61,975 nucleotides of DNA from Bacteroidota bacterium (GTDB lineage: Bacteria > Bacteroidota > Bacteroidia > AKYH767-A > OLB10). A program made the position numbers and the translations under genes. Positions within the stretch are counted from its first letter, which is position 1. Each line of letters starts with the position of its first letter. The notes beneath the pieces are model-generated. The model ran no database searches and had not been told where the DNA came from. It was given only the letters and a program-made list of their open reading frames with translations. This document shows positions 49,411-58,936 of this stretch, in pieces. The DNA lies in assembly GCA_046340555.1 (NCBI GenBank), contig JBKDSL010000023.1, positions 1 through 61,975 on the forward strand, read 5' to 3'.

Positions 49411-50550
49411 TCAGCTACCTGACAGTAGTTTTTCAATTAGCGATGCAAAGTACGCTTTTTTTTGCGGTAATTTCAAGGCTAGCCTCTCGTAAGTGGTAAT
49501 CGCTTTGGCAATGTTGCCCTGTTGGGCATAAATACGAGCCAAGGTTTCCGATATTAAATCCTCGTGATCTTGGGCACTTTTACGAGCCATGTTACCTGGG
49601 GAATAGAATTCACTCTTTGATGGAACTATCCTCGGTTCTTCGCGAATGAACTTGTCTATGATTGATTCCTTTTGAACGGATTTGTTTTTCGTATCCGCTG
49701 AATTTGCAGGGTCGTTTTCAAAATAATCTCCGGAAGTTTCAATTGGTGCCCCGGATTTCGGGGCATCGTTATTCAATAACTCGGTCGACCCTGCTGGTAA
49801 GACCTTCAACCAATCGCTGAAACTTCTTGGTTGACTTTTTTCAATCGGCTTATCAATTTGCTCTGGCTCGTTGGTTGGTTCAGAAATGCTTGCAACTGGC
49901 TGTATGGCATCAACTGCAGGCTCAATTTCTGCTAGGTCGATTGGAGCTACAGGTTCTTGAGGAACTTCATTTTTGATGGATTGAGTTGGAATTGATACAT
50001 CAACACCAAATTCAGTATCTGCAGTGTCGCTTCCCTTAATCGGAACGATTATCGGAGTTTCCAAGGAGGTGTTTTCAATTAGCTGGTCACGTACTAATTG
50101 TTCCTGCTGCTTCAATTCTTTCAACCGCTGTTCTATAACCTCACGAGGGTCCAATTTGGTATCAACAATTTGGACTTCGGTTTTTTCTATCGGTTTATCA
50201 ATTACGGCGGTATCAAGAGGTTTTTTCTCGTCAACTACTGGAGTAATTTCCTCAACTGTTTCCGCTTTAGCAAGCGGTTCGGCTGAAAACTCTTCTCCAT
50301 TCGGGAATGGTACATCTTCCTCAGTCAAGACTAAACGACGTAGAACCGCACGATCGGGAACATATACGGATGTTTTGCGTAATTGACTATCGTACCGGAT
50401 ATGGTCTAACAATCGGTATTGAACGGTCAACAATATGTGGCCATTGGTATAATAGGGGAACCTGGCAACAATCTCTTCCAGCGCCGAAATAGATTCCTGA
50501 TCCGATGATGATGGATGCTTTATTAACTGTGCAAGGCGATCACGTGTCAT
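49411..50550 (-). CDS. Hypothetical protein: conserved N-terminal domain, acidic Pro/Glu-rich middle, C-terminal TPR-like helix pair
   Basis: The ATG at 50550 (MTRDRLAQLI...) avoids overlap with the upstream gene. DKPIEK occurs twice in the low-complexity middle. The C-terminus LARIYAQQGNIAKAITTYERLALKLP is TPR-like. Confidence 0.55.
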   Translation of the reverse strand: MTRDRLAQLIKHPSSSDQESISALEEIVARFPYYTNGHILLTVQYRLLDHIRYDSQLRKTSVYVPDRAVLRRLVLTEEDVPFPNGEEFSAEPLAKAETVEEITPVVDEKKPLDTAVIDKPIEKTEVQIVDTKLDPREVIEQRLKELKQQEQLVRDQLIENTSLETPIIVPIKGSDTADTEFGVDVSIPTQSIKNEVPQEPVAPIDLAEIEPAVDAIQPVASISEPTNEPEQIDKPIEKSQPRSFSDWLKVLPAGSTELLNNDAPKSGAPIETSGDYFENDPANSADTKNKSVQKESIIDKFIREEPRIVPSKSEFYSPGNMARKSAQDHEDLISETLARIYAQQGNIAKAITTYERLALKLPQKKAYFASLIEKLLSGS

Positions 50551-50552
50551 TT

Positions 50553-51068
50553 TTACCAGTTGATTACGGCTTTGTTGAAAATGTCTTCCGTGAGCTGTTG
50601 GCAAATCTCGGAAATAAGCTCCTGCTCTACCGTTGAAAGGTTCTTTCTGCTGTCATAGTCAACATATCTTGAAAAGCTGCTGTCAAAATCCTGCTTCGGG
50701 TCCTTTTTGTTTTTGAAGTTAACAGACACTGTGATGGTAAGCCGGTTTAATGCGGCCTGTTCATTGCCTTGGATAGCTACCGGCCTTGATTGATAGTCGG
50801 AAATATATCCTTCGAAATGCAAGTCGCCGTTGGCGTTAATCAATCGTAGGTTGGTTTGAGAAACGAAGCGGTCTTTCAATTTTTCAGTGAAAGTTGAGCT
50901 AAGGGTTGGCTGAATGATAGGCGCCCTGTTTTCAAAAAAAGAAATAGATACACTCTCGGTTCCAGGAGGAATTGATGCTCCTGTAAAAGAATATGTGCCG
51001 CATCCTCCCATCGTTAATATGAGCAAAGCGGCAATGATCCGAATTTCGTTTGGTCGGTAGCGATTCAT
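50553..51068 (-). CDS. LptE-like LPS-assembly lipoprotein
   Basis: 171 aa. Lipoprotein signal IIAALLILTMGGC followed by GTYSFTGASIP, as in Bacteroidota LptE-family proteins. The assignment is from pattern memory. Confidence 0.6.
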   Translation of the reverse strand: MNRYRPNEIRIIAALLILTMGGCGTYSFTGASIPPGTESVSISFFENRAPIIQPTLSSTFTEKLKDRFVSQTNLRLINANGDLHFEGYISDYQSRPVAIQGNEQAALNRLTITVSVNFKNKKDPKQDFDSSFSRYVDYDSRKNLSTVEQELISEICQQLTEDIFNKAVINW

Positions 51069-51077
51069 TTTTGGTTT

Positions 51078-52298
51078 TTATAAATCGTATTCCTTGATTT
51101 TTCGGTATAAGGTCCTTTCCGAAATCCCTAGCTCGCGCGCTGCATGTTTTCTACGACCACGGTGTTTTTCTATTGCCTTTTTTATGGTCTCTTTTTCCCG
51201 CTCCTCCAAAGAGAGGTTCTCATCTACGATTTCATCATGCCTGGTTACAGGTGAGACATTGTTCACTGGCTGGATGGAAATGGTTGGTTGGGGAGTTTGA
51301 GCGCCAGGGGTAACCTCTTGATAAAGCTTATCAATAATCTGTGCGTGCGATTCTGTGAAAGCACCTGTTACGCCTCCGGATGAAATCATCTCCAACACAA
51401 GCTTCTTAAGGTCAACAATATCTTTACGCATATCGAACAAGACCTTGTAAAGCAAATCCCTTTCGGTGAATTCGGATCCGGCAGAAGTTCCTGCTACAAT
51501 TGGTAGGGTTCTGGCTCCTTCATCAGGCAGGTAATTCCGTAGCACATCACCATTGACTGTCTTATTGCGCTCCAAAATCGATAGTTGTTCCGTTATGTTT
51601 TTAAGTTGTCGCACATTACCGGGCCATGCGAAGGATGTGAGCTTTTCAACCGCATCTGGTGTCAATGTAACAGCTGGCATCCTGTAGCGGTCAGCGAAAT
51701 CCGTCGAGAATTTTCTGAACAACAATTGTATGTCCTCTTTGCGCTGTCGTAGCGATGGAACTTGTATCGGCACCGTGTTTAAGCGATAATATAGATCTTC
51801 TCTGAATTTCCCGTTTCTGATCGCTTGAGGGATATCCACATTAGTGGCAGCCACCACGCGGACATTTGTTTTTATGACCTTGGATGATCCAACTTTGATA
51901 AACTCGCCGGTTTCCAACACGCGCAATAACCTTACTTGAGTCAGAAGGGGTAGTTCTGCCACCTCGTCTAGGAATATAGTGCCGCCGTTAACAACTTCAA
52001 AGTACCCTTTACGTGCTTCATGGGCTCCTGTAAAGGCACCTTTTTCATGGCCGAAAAGTTCCGAATCGATAGTCCCCTCTGGAATCGCTCCGCAGTTTAC
52101 TGCTATGTATGGTCCATGCTTGCGAGAGCTAATCCCATGGATGATCTGCGGAAAAACCTCCTTACCAGTACCACTTTCACCGGTGATCAAAACAGTGATG
52201 TCGGTTGGAGCAACCTGTCGGGCCGTGTCAATGGCATGCTCCAGTAACGGAGAGTTACCTATAATTCCATACCGTTGTTTGATTTCCTGTATGTTCAT
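51078..52298 (-). CDS. Sigma-54-dependent transcriptional activator (bEBP) lacking any N-terminal sensor/receiver domain
   Basis: 406 aa. The AAA+ domain starts at about residue 10 (IIGNSPLL). Contains Walker A GESGTGKE, the sigma-54 contact loop GAFTGA and a C-terminal Fis-type HTH (AARELGISERTLYRKIKEY). Confidence 0.88.
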   Translation of the reverse strand: MNIQEIKQRYGIIGNSPLLEHAIDTARQVAPTDITVLITGESGTGKEVFPQIIHGISSRKHGPYIAVNCGAIPEGTIDSELFGHEKGAFTGAHEARKGYFEVVNGGTIFLDEVAELPLLTQVRLLRVLETGEFIKVGSSKVIKTNVRVVAATNVDIPQAIRNGKFREDLYYRLNTVPIQVPSLRQRKEDIQLLFRKFSTDFADRYRMPAVTLTPDAVEKLTSFAWPGNVRQLKNITEQLSILERNKTVNGDVLRNYLPDEGARTLPIVAGTSAGSEFTERDLLYKVLFDMRKDIVDLKKLVLEMISSGGVTGAFTESHAQIIDKLYQEVTPGAQTPQPTISIQPVNNVSPVTRHDEIVDENLSLEEREKETIKKAIEKHRGRRKHAARELGISERTLYRKIKEYDL

Positions 52299-52305
52299 TT
52301 CTGAA

Positions 52306-53760
52306 TTACTGGCTGATTACTGCCTTACCGATTAATGTAGCTGCAGTGCAGGAATGTGCCATTACATCTACATAGTCACCCGGCTTGAAAAATTCTTTCG
52401 GGAATACTACAACGGCATTCTCCGTGTTGCGTCCCATCAGCATGTCATCGGACCGCTTTGAAGTTCCCTCAACCAGCACACGGTGCACTTTGCCTGTCAT
52501 GCCATCCATTCGTTTTTTGGATAGTGTTTGCTGCAGGTCCACGATTTCTGTAAGTCTTCTGGTCTTTATATCATCTGGAACATCATCTTTGTACTGTCGC
52601 TCAGCCAATGTCTTTGGTCGTTCAGAATATTTGAACATGTACGAGAAGTGATACTCAGCCCACTCCATCAAGGAGAGTGTCTCATTGTGGTCTTCCTCGG
52701 TCTCGCCACAGAATCCTGAAATGATGTCGGTGGATACCGCGCAGCCGGGAATGATTCTCCTGATGGCTTCGATACGGTCCATATAAACTTCACGGCTATA
52801 GCCGCGATTCATACGCTCCAAAACCGAGGTGCTTCCTGATTGAACAGGTAAATGGATGTATTTGCAGATATTTTCATGCTTCGCAATCACATGAAGCACA
52901 TCGTCTGTCATGTCGCGGGGGTTCGATGTTGAAAATCTAATCCTCAAATCAGCAGAAATCCGGGCAACCAAATCGAGCAGTTTTGAAAAGTCAACAGCAG
53001 ACAATCTTTGTTCCTCTGTCAAGATTTCTTTTTTCAATCCACCCCCTGCCCAAATATAAGAGTCCACATTTTGGCCCAGCAATGTTACCTCACGGTAACC
53101 GTTTTCGTACAAGTCTCGGACTTCCGATAGAATAGACTCTGGATCTCGGCTCCTTTCTCGACCCCTGGTAAATGGCACTACACAAAAAGAGCACATGTTG
53201 TCGCAACCACGTGTGATTGACACAAACGCGGTCACTCCATTGGAGGATAATCTGACCGGACTGATGTCGCCATAAGTCTCTTCCCTTGACAATAACACAT
53301 TAACAGCTTTTTGTCCACTTTCTACCGTTTCAATCAACTTTGGTAGATCCCTGTAAGAGTCTGGGCCCGCCACCAAATCAACAAGCTTTTCTTCATCTAA
53401 TAACTTGTATTTCAGTCGCTCAGCCATGCATCCGAGCATTCCGATTACTAGGCTCGGTTTTTCTTTTTTCTTCTTTTTGAAATCGTTCAGCCGTTGCCGG
53501 ACCTTTAGTTCGGCGTTTTCACGGATGGCACAGGTGTTGAGCAGGATAACATCTGCCTCGAAAGGGTCTGAAATGGTTTGAAAACCAGCGTCTCCCAAAA
53601 TTGATGCAACGATTTCACTATCCGAGAAATTCATTTGGCATCCATAGCTTTCCAGGAACAATTTTTTAGATGCTTTGGAAACAGGATTTGGATTCACAAA
53701 AGCCTCACCCTGACGACTTTCATCGATTATTTTACTTTCAGAAATTGGGTCTGTAGACAT
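52306..53760 (-). CDS. miaB: tRNA-2-methylthio-N6-dimethylallyladenosine synthase
   Basis: 484 aa. Contains an N-terminal MTTase domain ([15 protein letters not shown]), a radical-SAM cluster motif [11 protein letters not shown] and a C-terminal TRAM domain. Confidence 0.92.
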   Translation of the reverse strand: MSTDPISESKIIDESRQGEAFVNPNPVSKASKKLFLESYGCQMNFSDSEIVASILGDAGFQTISDPFEADVILLNTCAIRENAELKVRQRLNDFKKKKKEKPSLVIGMLGCMAERLKYKLLDEEKLVDLVAGPDSYRDLPKLIETVESGQKAVNVLLSREETYGDISPVRLSSNGVTAFVSITRGCDNMCSFCVVPFTRGRERSRDPESILSEVRDLYENGYREVTLLGQNVDSYIWAGGGLKKEILTEEQRLSAVDFSKLLDLVARISADLRIRFSTSNPRDMTDDVLHVIAKHENICKYIHLPVQSGSTSVLERMNRGYSREVYMDRIEAIRRIIPGCAVSTDIISGFCGETEEDHNETLSLMEWAEYHFSYMFKYSERPKTLAERQYKDDVPDDIKTRRLTEIVDLQQTLSKKRMDGMTGKVHRVLVEGTSKRSDDMLMGRNTENAVVVFPKEFFKPGDYVDVMAHSCTAATLIGKAVISQ

Positions 53761-53915
53761 GATATAATATTGATGCGAAGTTAAGCATTAGGGTGGTCGC
53801 TGACAAATTGTCATTGTAACCAAGTGGATTTGGAACAATTGGATTTTAATTCTTTACTTTGCCCCCCGTTTTTCAAGTTTTCGTATCAAACTCATTATTA
53901 AACAATTGATCATTA

Positions 53916-56423
53916 ATGGCTGAAAATCTTATTATTGTTGAGTCCCCTGCCAAGGCCAAAACCATTGAGGGTTTCTTGGGTAAGGGATATGTGGTGAAAT
54001 CCAGCTATGGTCACGTTAGAGATCTTGCAAAATCAGATAAGGCGATAGATGTAAAAAACGACTTTTCTCCTCTATATGAAATAAGCGAGGACAAAAAGGC
54101 GGTGATTTCCGAACTCACGCGTTTATCCAAGAAAGCAGATGTGGTTTGGCTTGCAACGGACGAAGACCGTGAAGGAGAAGCCATTTCATGGCACTTGTTT
54201 GAAACCCTTGGTTTGAATGAAAAGAAAACCAAGCGAATTGTTTTCCATGAAATCACAAAGCCTGCTATACTTAATGCCATTGCTAATCCGCGGAAAATCG
54301 ACAAAAACCTGGTAGATGCCCAACAGGCCCGACGGATGTTGGATCGCCTAGTGGGATTTGAGTTGTCTCCAATTTTATGGAAGAAGGTTAGGCCGTCCTT
54401 GTCAGCTGGCAGGGTGCAGTCGGTAGCTGTTAGGTTGATTGTCGAAAGGGAGAGAGAAGTCGAGGCGCATAAAAGTTCCTCTGCATTCAAGGTTGTTGCT
54501 TTTTTCCAAGTTAATGATGACAAGGGGAAAGCCGCCCAACTTAAGGCCGAACACCCAACCCGCTTCAAAACAGCTGAGGAGGCCGAGAAATTTCTGAAAT
54601 CATGCATAGGGGAAACGTTCACGATTTCGAACCTCGAGAAAAAACCCGGCAAGAAAACACCTTCAGCCCCATTCACGACTTCAACACTTCAGCAAGAGGC
54701 TGGTCGAAAGTTGGGCTTCTCCGTGTCCCAAACAATGGTAGTAGCACAAAAGCTTTATGAATCGGGAAAGATCACTTACATGAGAACCGATTCGGTGAAT
54801 TTATCTACCACTGCCATCGACGCCGCCAAGAATGAGATAACCTCTTCATTCGGCAAAGAATACTCTAACCCGAGGCAATACAAAACCAAAAACGCTTCCG
54901 CACAGGAGGCCCACGAAGCCATTCGCCCCACATATTTCCATGTTCATTCGGTAGATGGCGAAAACAATGAAAGGCGCTTGTATGATTTGATTTGGAAGCG
55001 TGCCATTGCTTCCCAGATGAGTGATGCAAGAATCGAGAAGACTATTGTCAATATCGGTTGCTCTGGCAACAAAGATGAGCTTGTTGCAACAGGCGAAGTA
55101 GTCCAATTCGACGGATTCCTAAAAGTTTATATGGAATCTTCTGATGAGGAGAATGATGAAAATGAAAGCGGACTTTTACCTCCTTTGAATAAAGGACAGG
55201 TGATCGATCTTCAGGATTTGACTGCAACAGAGAAATTCTCTTATCCGCCAGCCCGATACACAGAAGCAAGTTTGGTTAAAAAAATGGAGGAACTGGGTAT
55301 TGGTCGACCTTCCACCTATGCTCCAACCATTTCTACGATTTTAAAAAGGCAATACGTGCTTAAGGAGGATAGGCCTGGCCGGGATCGTGTGGCGCGGTTG
55401 TTGACAATCAAGGTAGACAAAGTCGTGCATAGCAGCAGGACGGAAGTTACAGGTGCTGAAAAAGCAAAAATGTTTCCGACGGATATTGGCACGGTGGTTA
55501 CGGATTTCCTTGTGAAAAACTTCAAGGATATAATGGATTACAACTTCACCGCAGATGTTGAAAAAGAGTTTGATGAAATAGCCGAAGGAAATATTCGCTG
55601 GGTGGATATGCTTAAGGAATTTTATAACCCATTCCATAAAACGGTTGAATATGCCGAGAAAAACACGGAACGTGCAAGCGGGGAGCGGATTCTAGGATTG
55701 GATCCTCAATCAGGTAAGACGGTGTCTGCCAGGATTGGAAAATTCGGTCCCATCGTTCAAATCAAGGGCGACAAGGATGACGAATCACCACGGTATTCTA
55801 AATTAAGATCGGGCCAAAGGCTTGAAACCATTACGCTGGAAGATGCCTTGGAGTTGTTCAAGATGCCTAGGAACTTGGGTGAATTCGAAGGGAAAGACAT
55901 GGTCGTTGCCATAGGTAAATTCGGACCATACGTCAGACATGAAAGCCTTTTCGTATCAATACCTAAGACCGACGACCCTTACACCATTGGCAGTGACCGG
56001 GCGGTAGAGTTGATCTTGGCCAAGAGGAAATCTGATGCCGAGAAGATTATCAAAACCTTCATAGAGGATTCAGATCTTAAGGTGCTCAAGGGTCGATGGG
56101 GGCCATACATTGCCTGGGGAAAAAAGAATATCAAGATACCCAAAGGAGTTGAGCCCTCCAGTCTCACATTCAAGGATTGCGAAGAGTTGGATCTCAAGCA
56201 AAATGGCCCTGCCAAGGCCGGCAAGCTTGTAGCTTCTGCTGCTGCCAAAAAGAAGTCAGGCACGGCAGCTAAGAAAACGGCGGCCAAGACTGCAAAGAAG
56301 GCACCTGCAAAAAAGGTCGCTGCCAGTAAACCGGCTGCAACAAAAACCAAAGTCAAAACTGCGCCCAAAGCAAAAGTTGCAGCCAAGAAAAAAACAGCAG
56401 CCAAGAAAAAGACCAGTAAATAA
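53916..56423 (+). CDS. topA: DNA topoisomerase I (type IA) with zinc-free C-terminal repeats and a Lys/Ala-rich tail
   Basis: 835 aa. Contains a Toprim block (LIIVESPAKAKTI, TDEDREGEAI), the active-site region YMRTDS, three GKFGPxV / GRWGPYI repeats and an AKK-rich C-terminal tail. Confidence 0.93.
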   Translation: MAENLIIVESPAKAKTIEGFLGKGYVVKSSYGHVRDLAKSDKAIDVKNDFSPLYEISEDKKAVISELTRLSKKADVVWLATDEDREGEAISWHLFETLGLNEKKTKRIVFHEITKPAILNAIANPRKIDKNLVDAQQARRMLDRLVGFELSPILWKKVRPSLSAGRVQSVAVRLIVEREREVEAHKSSSAFKVVAFFQVNDDKGKAAQLKAEHPTRFKTAEEAEKFLKSCIGETFTISNLEKKPGKKTPSAPFTTSTLQQEAGRKLGFSVSQTMVVAQKLYESGKITYMRTDSVNLSTTAIDAAKNEITSSFGKEYSNPRQYKTKNASAQEAHEAIRPTYFHVHSVDGENNERRLYDLIWKRAIASQMSDARIEKTIVNIGCSGNKDELVATGEVVQFDGFLKVYMESSDEENDENESGLLPPLNKGQVIDLQDLTATEKFSYPPARYTEASLVKKMEELGIGRPSTYAPTISTILKRQYVLKEDRPGRDRVARLLTIKVDKVVHSSRTEVTGAEKAKMFPTDIGTVVTDFLVKNFKDIMDYNFTADVEKEFDEIAEGNIRWVDMLKEFYNPFHKTVEYAEKNTERASGERILGLDPQSGKTVSARIGKFGPIVQIKGDKDDESPRYSKLRSGQRLETITLEDALELFKMPRNLGEFEGKDMVVAIGKFGPYVRHESLFVSIPKTDDPYTIGSDRAVELILAKRKSDAEKIIKTFIEDSDLKVLKGRWGPYIAWGKKNIKIPKGVEPSSLTFKDCEELDLKQNGPAKAGKLVASAAAKKKSGTAAKKTAAKTAKKAPAKKVAASKPAATKTKVKTAPKAKVAAKKKTAAKKKTSK

Positions 56424-56438
56424 TAAATCAGCCAACGG

Positions 56439-57611
56439 ATGTTGACCGCCGATTTTTTCCTGCCAGTATCTGATGAGCTAATTGAGGAGGCCGTTTCTCA
56501 TTTTCCCAACTGCTTGGGAAATGCTACCATATTCAATAGCTCCAGTGGTTTCCCTGAGTTACCATCCTCGGGTATTGCTATACTCAGCATTGGTGATTAT
56601 CGATTGTCTGCAGCGGATGGCGCAATGGATATTTCAAAATCCTTCAGGCAAAGGCTATATCGTTTGCATAAACATGAGCATCCGATTACCACGGTTGATT
56701 TGGGTGCGTTACGACCAGGTTCTACCCCTGATGATACACGGTTCGCATTGAGCGAGATCGTGAGGGATCTGATTGTGGCTGGAATGATGCCAGTAGTAAT
56801 AGGCGGTTCTCAAGACCTCACCTTGGCACTCCATGAGGCATACAGGCCATTCGGGAAGCTCATGAACATCACTTCCATTGATTCTAGATTTGACTTGGGT
56901 TCTCCTGACAGCAATTTGTCTAGCAAGGCTTGGTTGGGGAAAATCGTTTTACAACAACCTACTTATCTCTTCAACTTCAGCAATATTGGTTATCAAACGC
57001 ATTTCGTTGGTGCCGAATCAGTTGAATTCATGAATAAGCTTTTGTTCGATACGTACAGGGTGGGTGAGGCAAGGGCTTCTTTACAGGATATAGAGCCGGT
57101 TATAAGGTCCTCAGATATGATCACCTTCGATATGTCTGTTATTCGACAAGCCGATGCGCCAGGAACAACCGATCCTTCTCCAAATGGTCTGAGTGGGGAG
57201 GAGGCCTGCCAATTGATGTTGTATGCAGGTTTAAATGACCAGTTGTCCTCTGCTGGTTTTTTTGAATTTGATTCTAAATCGGATTCCAACCAACAAACCG
57301 CACATTTAGGGGCACAAATGATTTGGTATTTGATGGAAGGCTATGGCAACCGTATGGGTGATTTCCCAGGAAAGGCACCTGAGTCAAATTTCACCAGGTA
57401 TCATGTTGAGGCTGGTGTTGCGTCTGGCAATTTGGTTTTTCTGAAGCACAATTTCACGTCCCGTTGGTGGCTAGAGTTGCCAAGTCCAGTGAGCCAAGAC
57501 AACCCCGACTTGATTCGGAAAAGGCACATTCCCTGTTCTGCCAAGGATTACCAACAAGCCATGCAGAACGAAATGCCGGAACGCTTGTGGAGAATCATTC
57601 AGAAATTATAA
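56439..57611 (+). CDS. Arginase/ureohydrolase-fold protein (formimidoylglutamase-like), metal-ligand motifs degenerate
   Basis: 390 aa. The family blocks are recognisable but altered: VVIGGSQD (expected GGDHS/GGGHD), SIDSRFDLG (expected DAHxD) and TFDMSVIRQADAPG (expected SxDxDxxDP). Confidence 0.65.
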   Translation: MLTADFFLPVSDELIEEAVSHFPNCLGNATIFNSSSGFPELPSSGIAILSIGDYRLSAADGAMDISKSFRQRLYRLHKHEHPITTVDLGALRPGSTPDDTRFALSEIVRDLIVAGMMPVVIGGSQDLTLALHEAYRPFGKLMNITSIDSRFDLGSPDSNLSSKAWLGKIVLQQPTYLFNFSNIGYQTHFVGAESVEFMNKLLFDTYRVGEARASLQDIEPVIRSSDMITFDMSVIRQADAPGTTDPSPNGLSGEEACQLMLYAGLNDQLSSAGFFEFDSKSDSNQQTAHLGAQMIWYLMEGYGNRMGDFPGKAPESNFTRYHVEAGVASGNLVFLKHNFTSRWWLELPSPVSQDNPDLIRKRHIPCSAKDYQQAMQNEMPERLWRIIQKL

Positions 57612-57858
57612 GAATTCAGTACATTGATTATCAATAAATTTAGGAATCAAGGCTTTACTTCACTTTTGCATAATATCATGATAAACAATTACATGTAAAG
57701 ACTTTTAGGCCTTGATAAAATCACCCGATCAGTATTCTGGATTTTATGGTCCGTTTACCATTTGGTTTTGATTATCAAATTTTATTTACCTTAGCCCCCT
57801 AGTATCTTCTTTAACCGAATTAAACACTTAATAAAACTCAAAACCCTTCATAATCACT

Positions 57859-58776
57859 ATGAAAAGAATTCAGCTGGTTGTCTCGATAGTTGTTGCTTCA
57901 TGTGCATCCGTTTTCGCTCAGCAGGATCCGCAGTTCAGCCAAAACATGTTCAACAAACTTTACACCAACCCGGGATATTCCGGAAGCAGTGAGGGTATTT
58001 GTGGCTCATTGCTTTACAGGAATCAATGGTCTGGATTTGAAGGTAATCCTACATCTGTAGTTTTTGGAATTGATGCTCCTGTGGAATTCTTGCGTGGCGG
58101 TTTGGGATTGTCTGTCTTAGCTACCGACGAATTGGGTTTTGAAAACACCTTCGCAGCGAAATTATCTTATGCATTCCGATTCAATGTAGGTCAAGGAAAT
58201 CTTGCAATTGGCGCTGACTTGGGATTGGTTCAAAAATCTCTTGGCGGAGATTTTCGTTTCATTGATTCCGATGATCCGTTGATTCCAACAGAAAATCAAT
58301 CAGGAAGTGTAGCTCCAGACCTTGGTGCAGGAGTGTATTATAATTCTGATAAGTTTTATGCCGGTATTTCAGCTTCTCATCTTACAGAAGGTGAAGTTGA
58401 TTATGGTGACTTCTCCACTAAGTTGGCTCGTCACCATTACCTCATGGCAGGATACCGCATAGAGTTTTCTCCATCAATGTCGCTTACACCTTCTGTCTTT
58501 GTAAAGAATGTAGCCGATCAGACACAGGTTGATATTAATGCAAATATGGATTTCAATAATCGTTTTTGGGCTGGCGCTTCTTATCGCATAGATGATGCTT
58601 TTGTTCTTATGGCTGGACTAAATATCATGCCTAATCTTCGTTTAGGTTATTCTTATGACATGACAACTTCTGAGATCAAGAATTATAGTAGTGGCAGCCA
58701 CGAAATAATGTTGGGCTATTGCTACAAGATCAAGAAGAAGGTTACACCTATCATCAGGAATGTAAGATTCATGTAG
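57859..58776 (+). CDS. porP: PorP/SprF-family T9SS outer-membrane protein (porP position upstream of gldK)
   Basis: 305 aa. Signal peptide MKRIQLVVSIVVASCASVFAQ. Contains QFSQNMFNKLYTNPGYSG, with a C-terminal GSHEIMLGYCY block. Confidence 0.85.
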   Translation: MKRIQLVVSIVVASCASVFAQQDPQFSQNMFNKLYTNPGYSGSSEGICGSLLYRNQWSGFEGNPTSVVFGIDAPVEFLRGGLGLSVLATDELGFENTFAAKLSYAFRFNVGQGNLAIGADLGLVQKSLGGDFRFIDSDDPLIPTENQSGSVAPDLGAGVYYNSDKFYAGISASHLTEGEVDYGDFSTKLARHHYLMAGYRIEFSPSMSLTPSVFVKNVADQTQVDINANMDFNNRFWAGASYRIDDAFVLMAGLNIMPNLRLGYSYDMTTSEIKNYSSGSHEIMLGYCYKIKKKVTPIIRNVRFM

Positions 58777-58936
58777 GAATTACACCCATTCCTAGGTTCA
58801 TTGAAACCTATATTGGTAGTAATCGTAACAACAGTTAATTTGTCCATCACATTTAATATTACTTATCGAATTCAACGGATAATAAGTTTCAAATAGCTTC
58901 GTTAAGAAACAGACCGGGTAACTTTAAAAGATAAAC

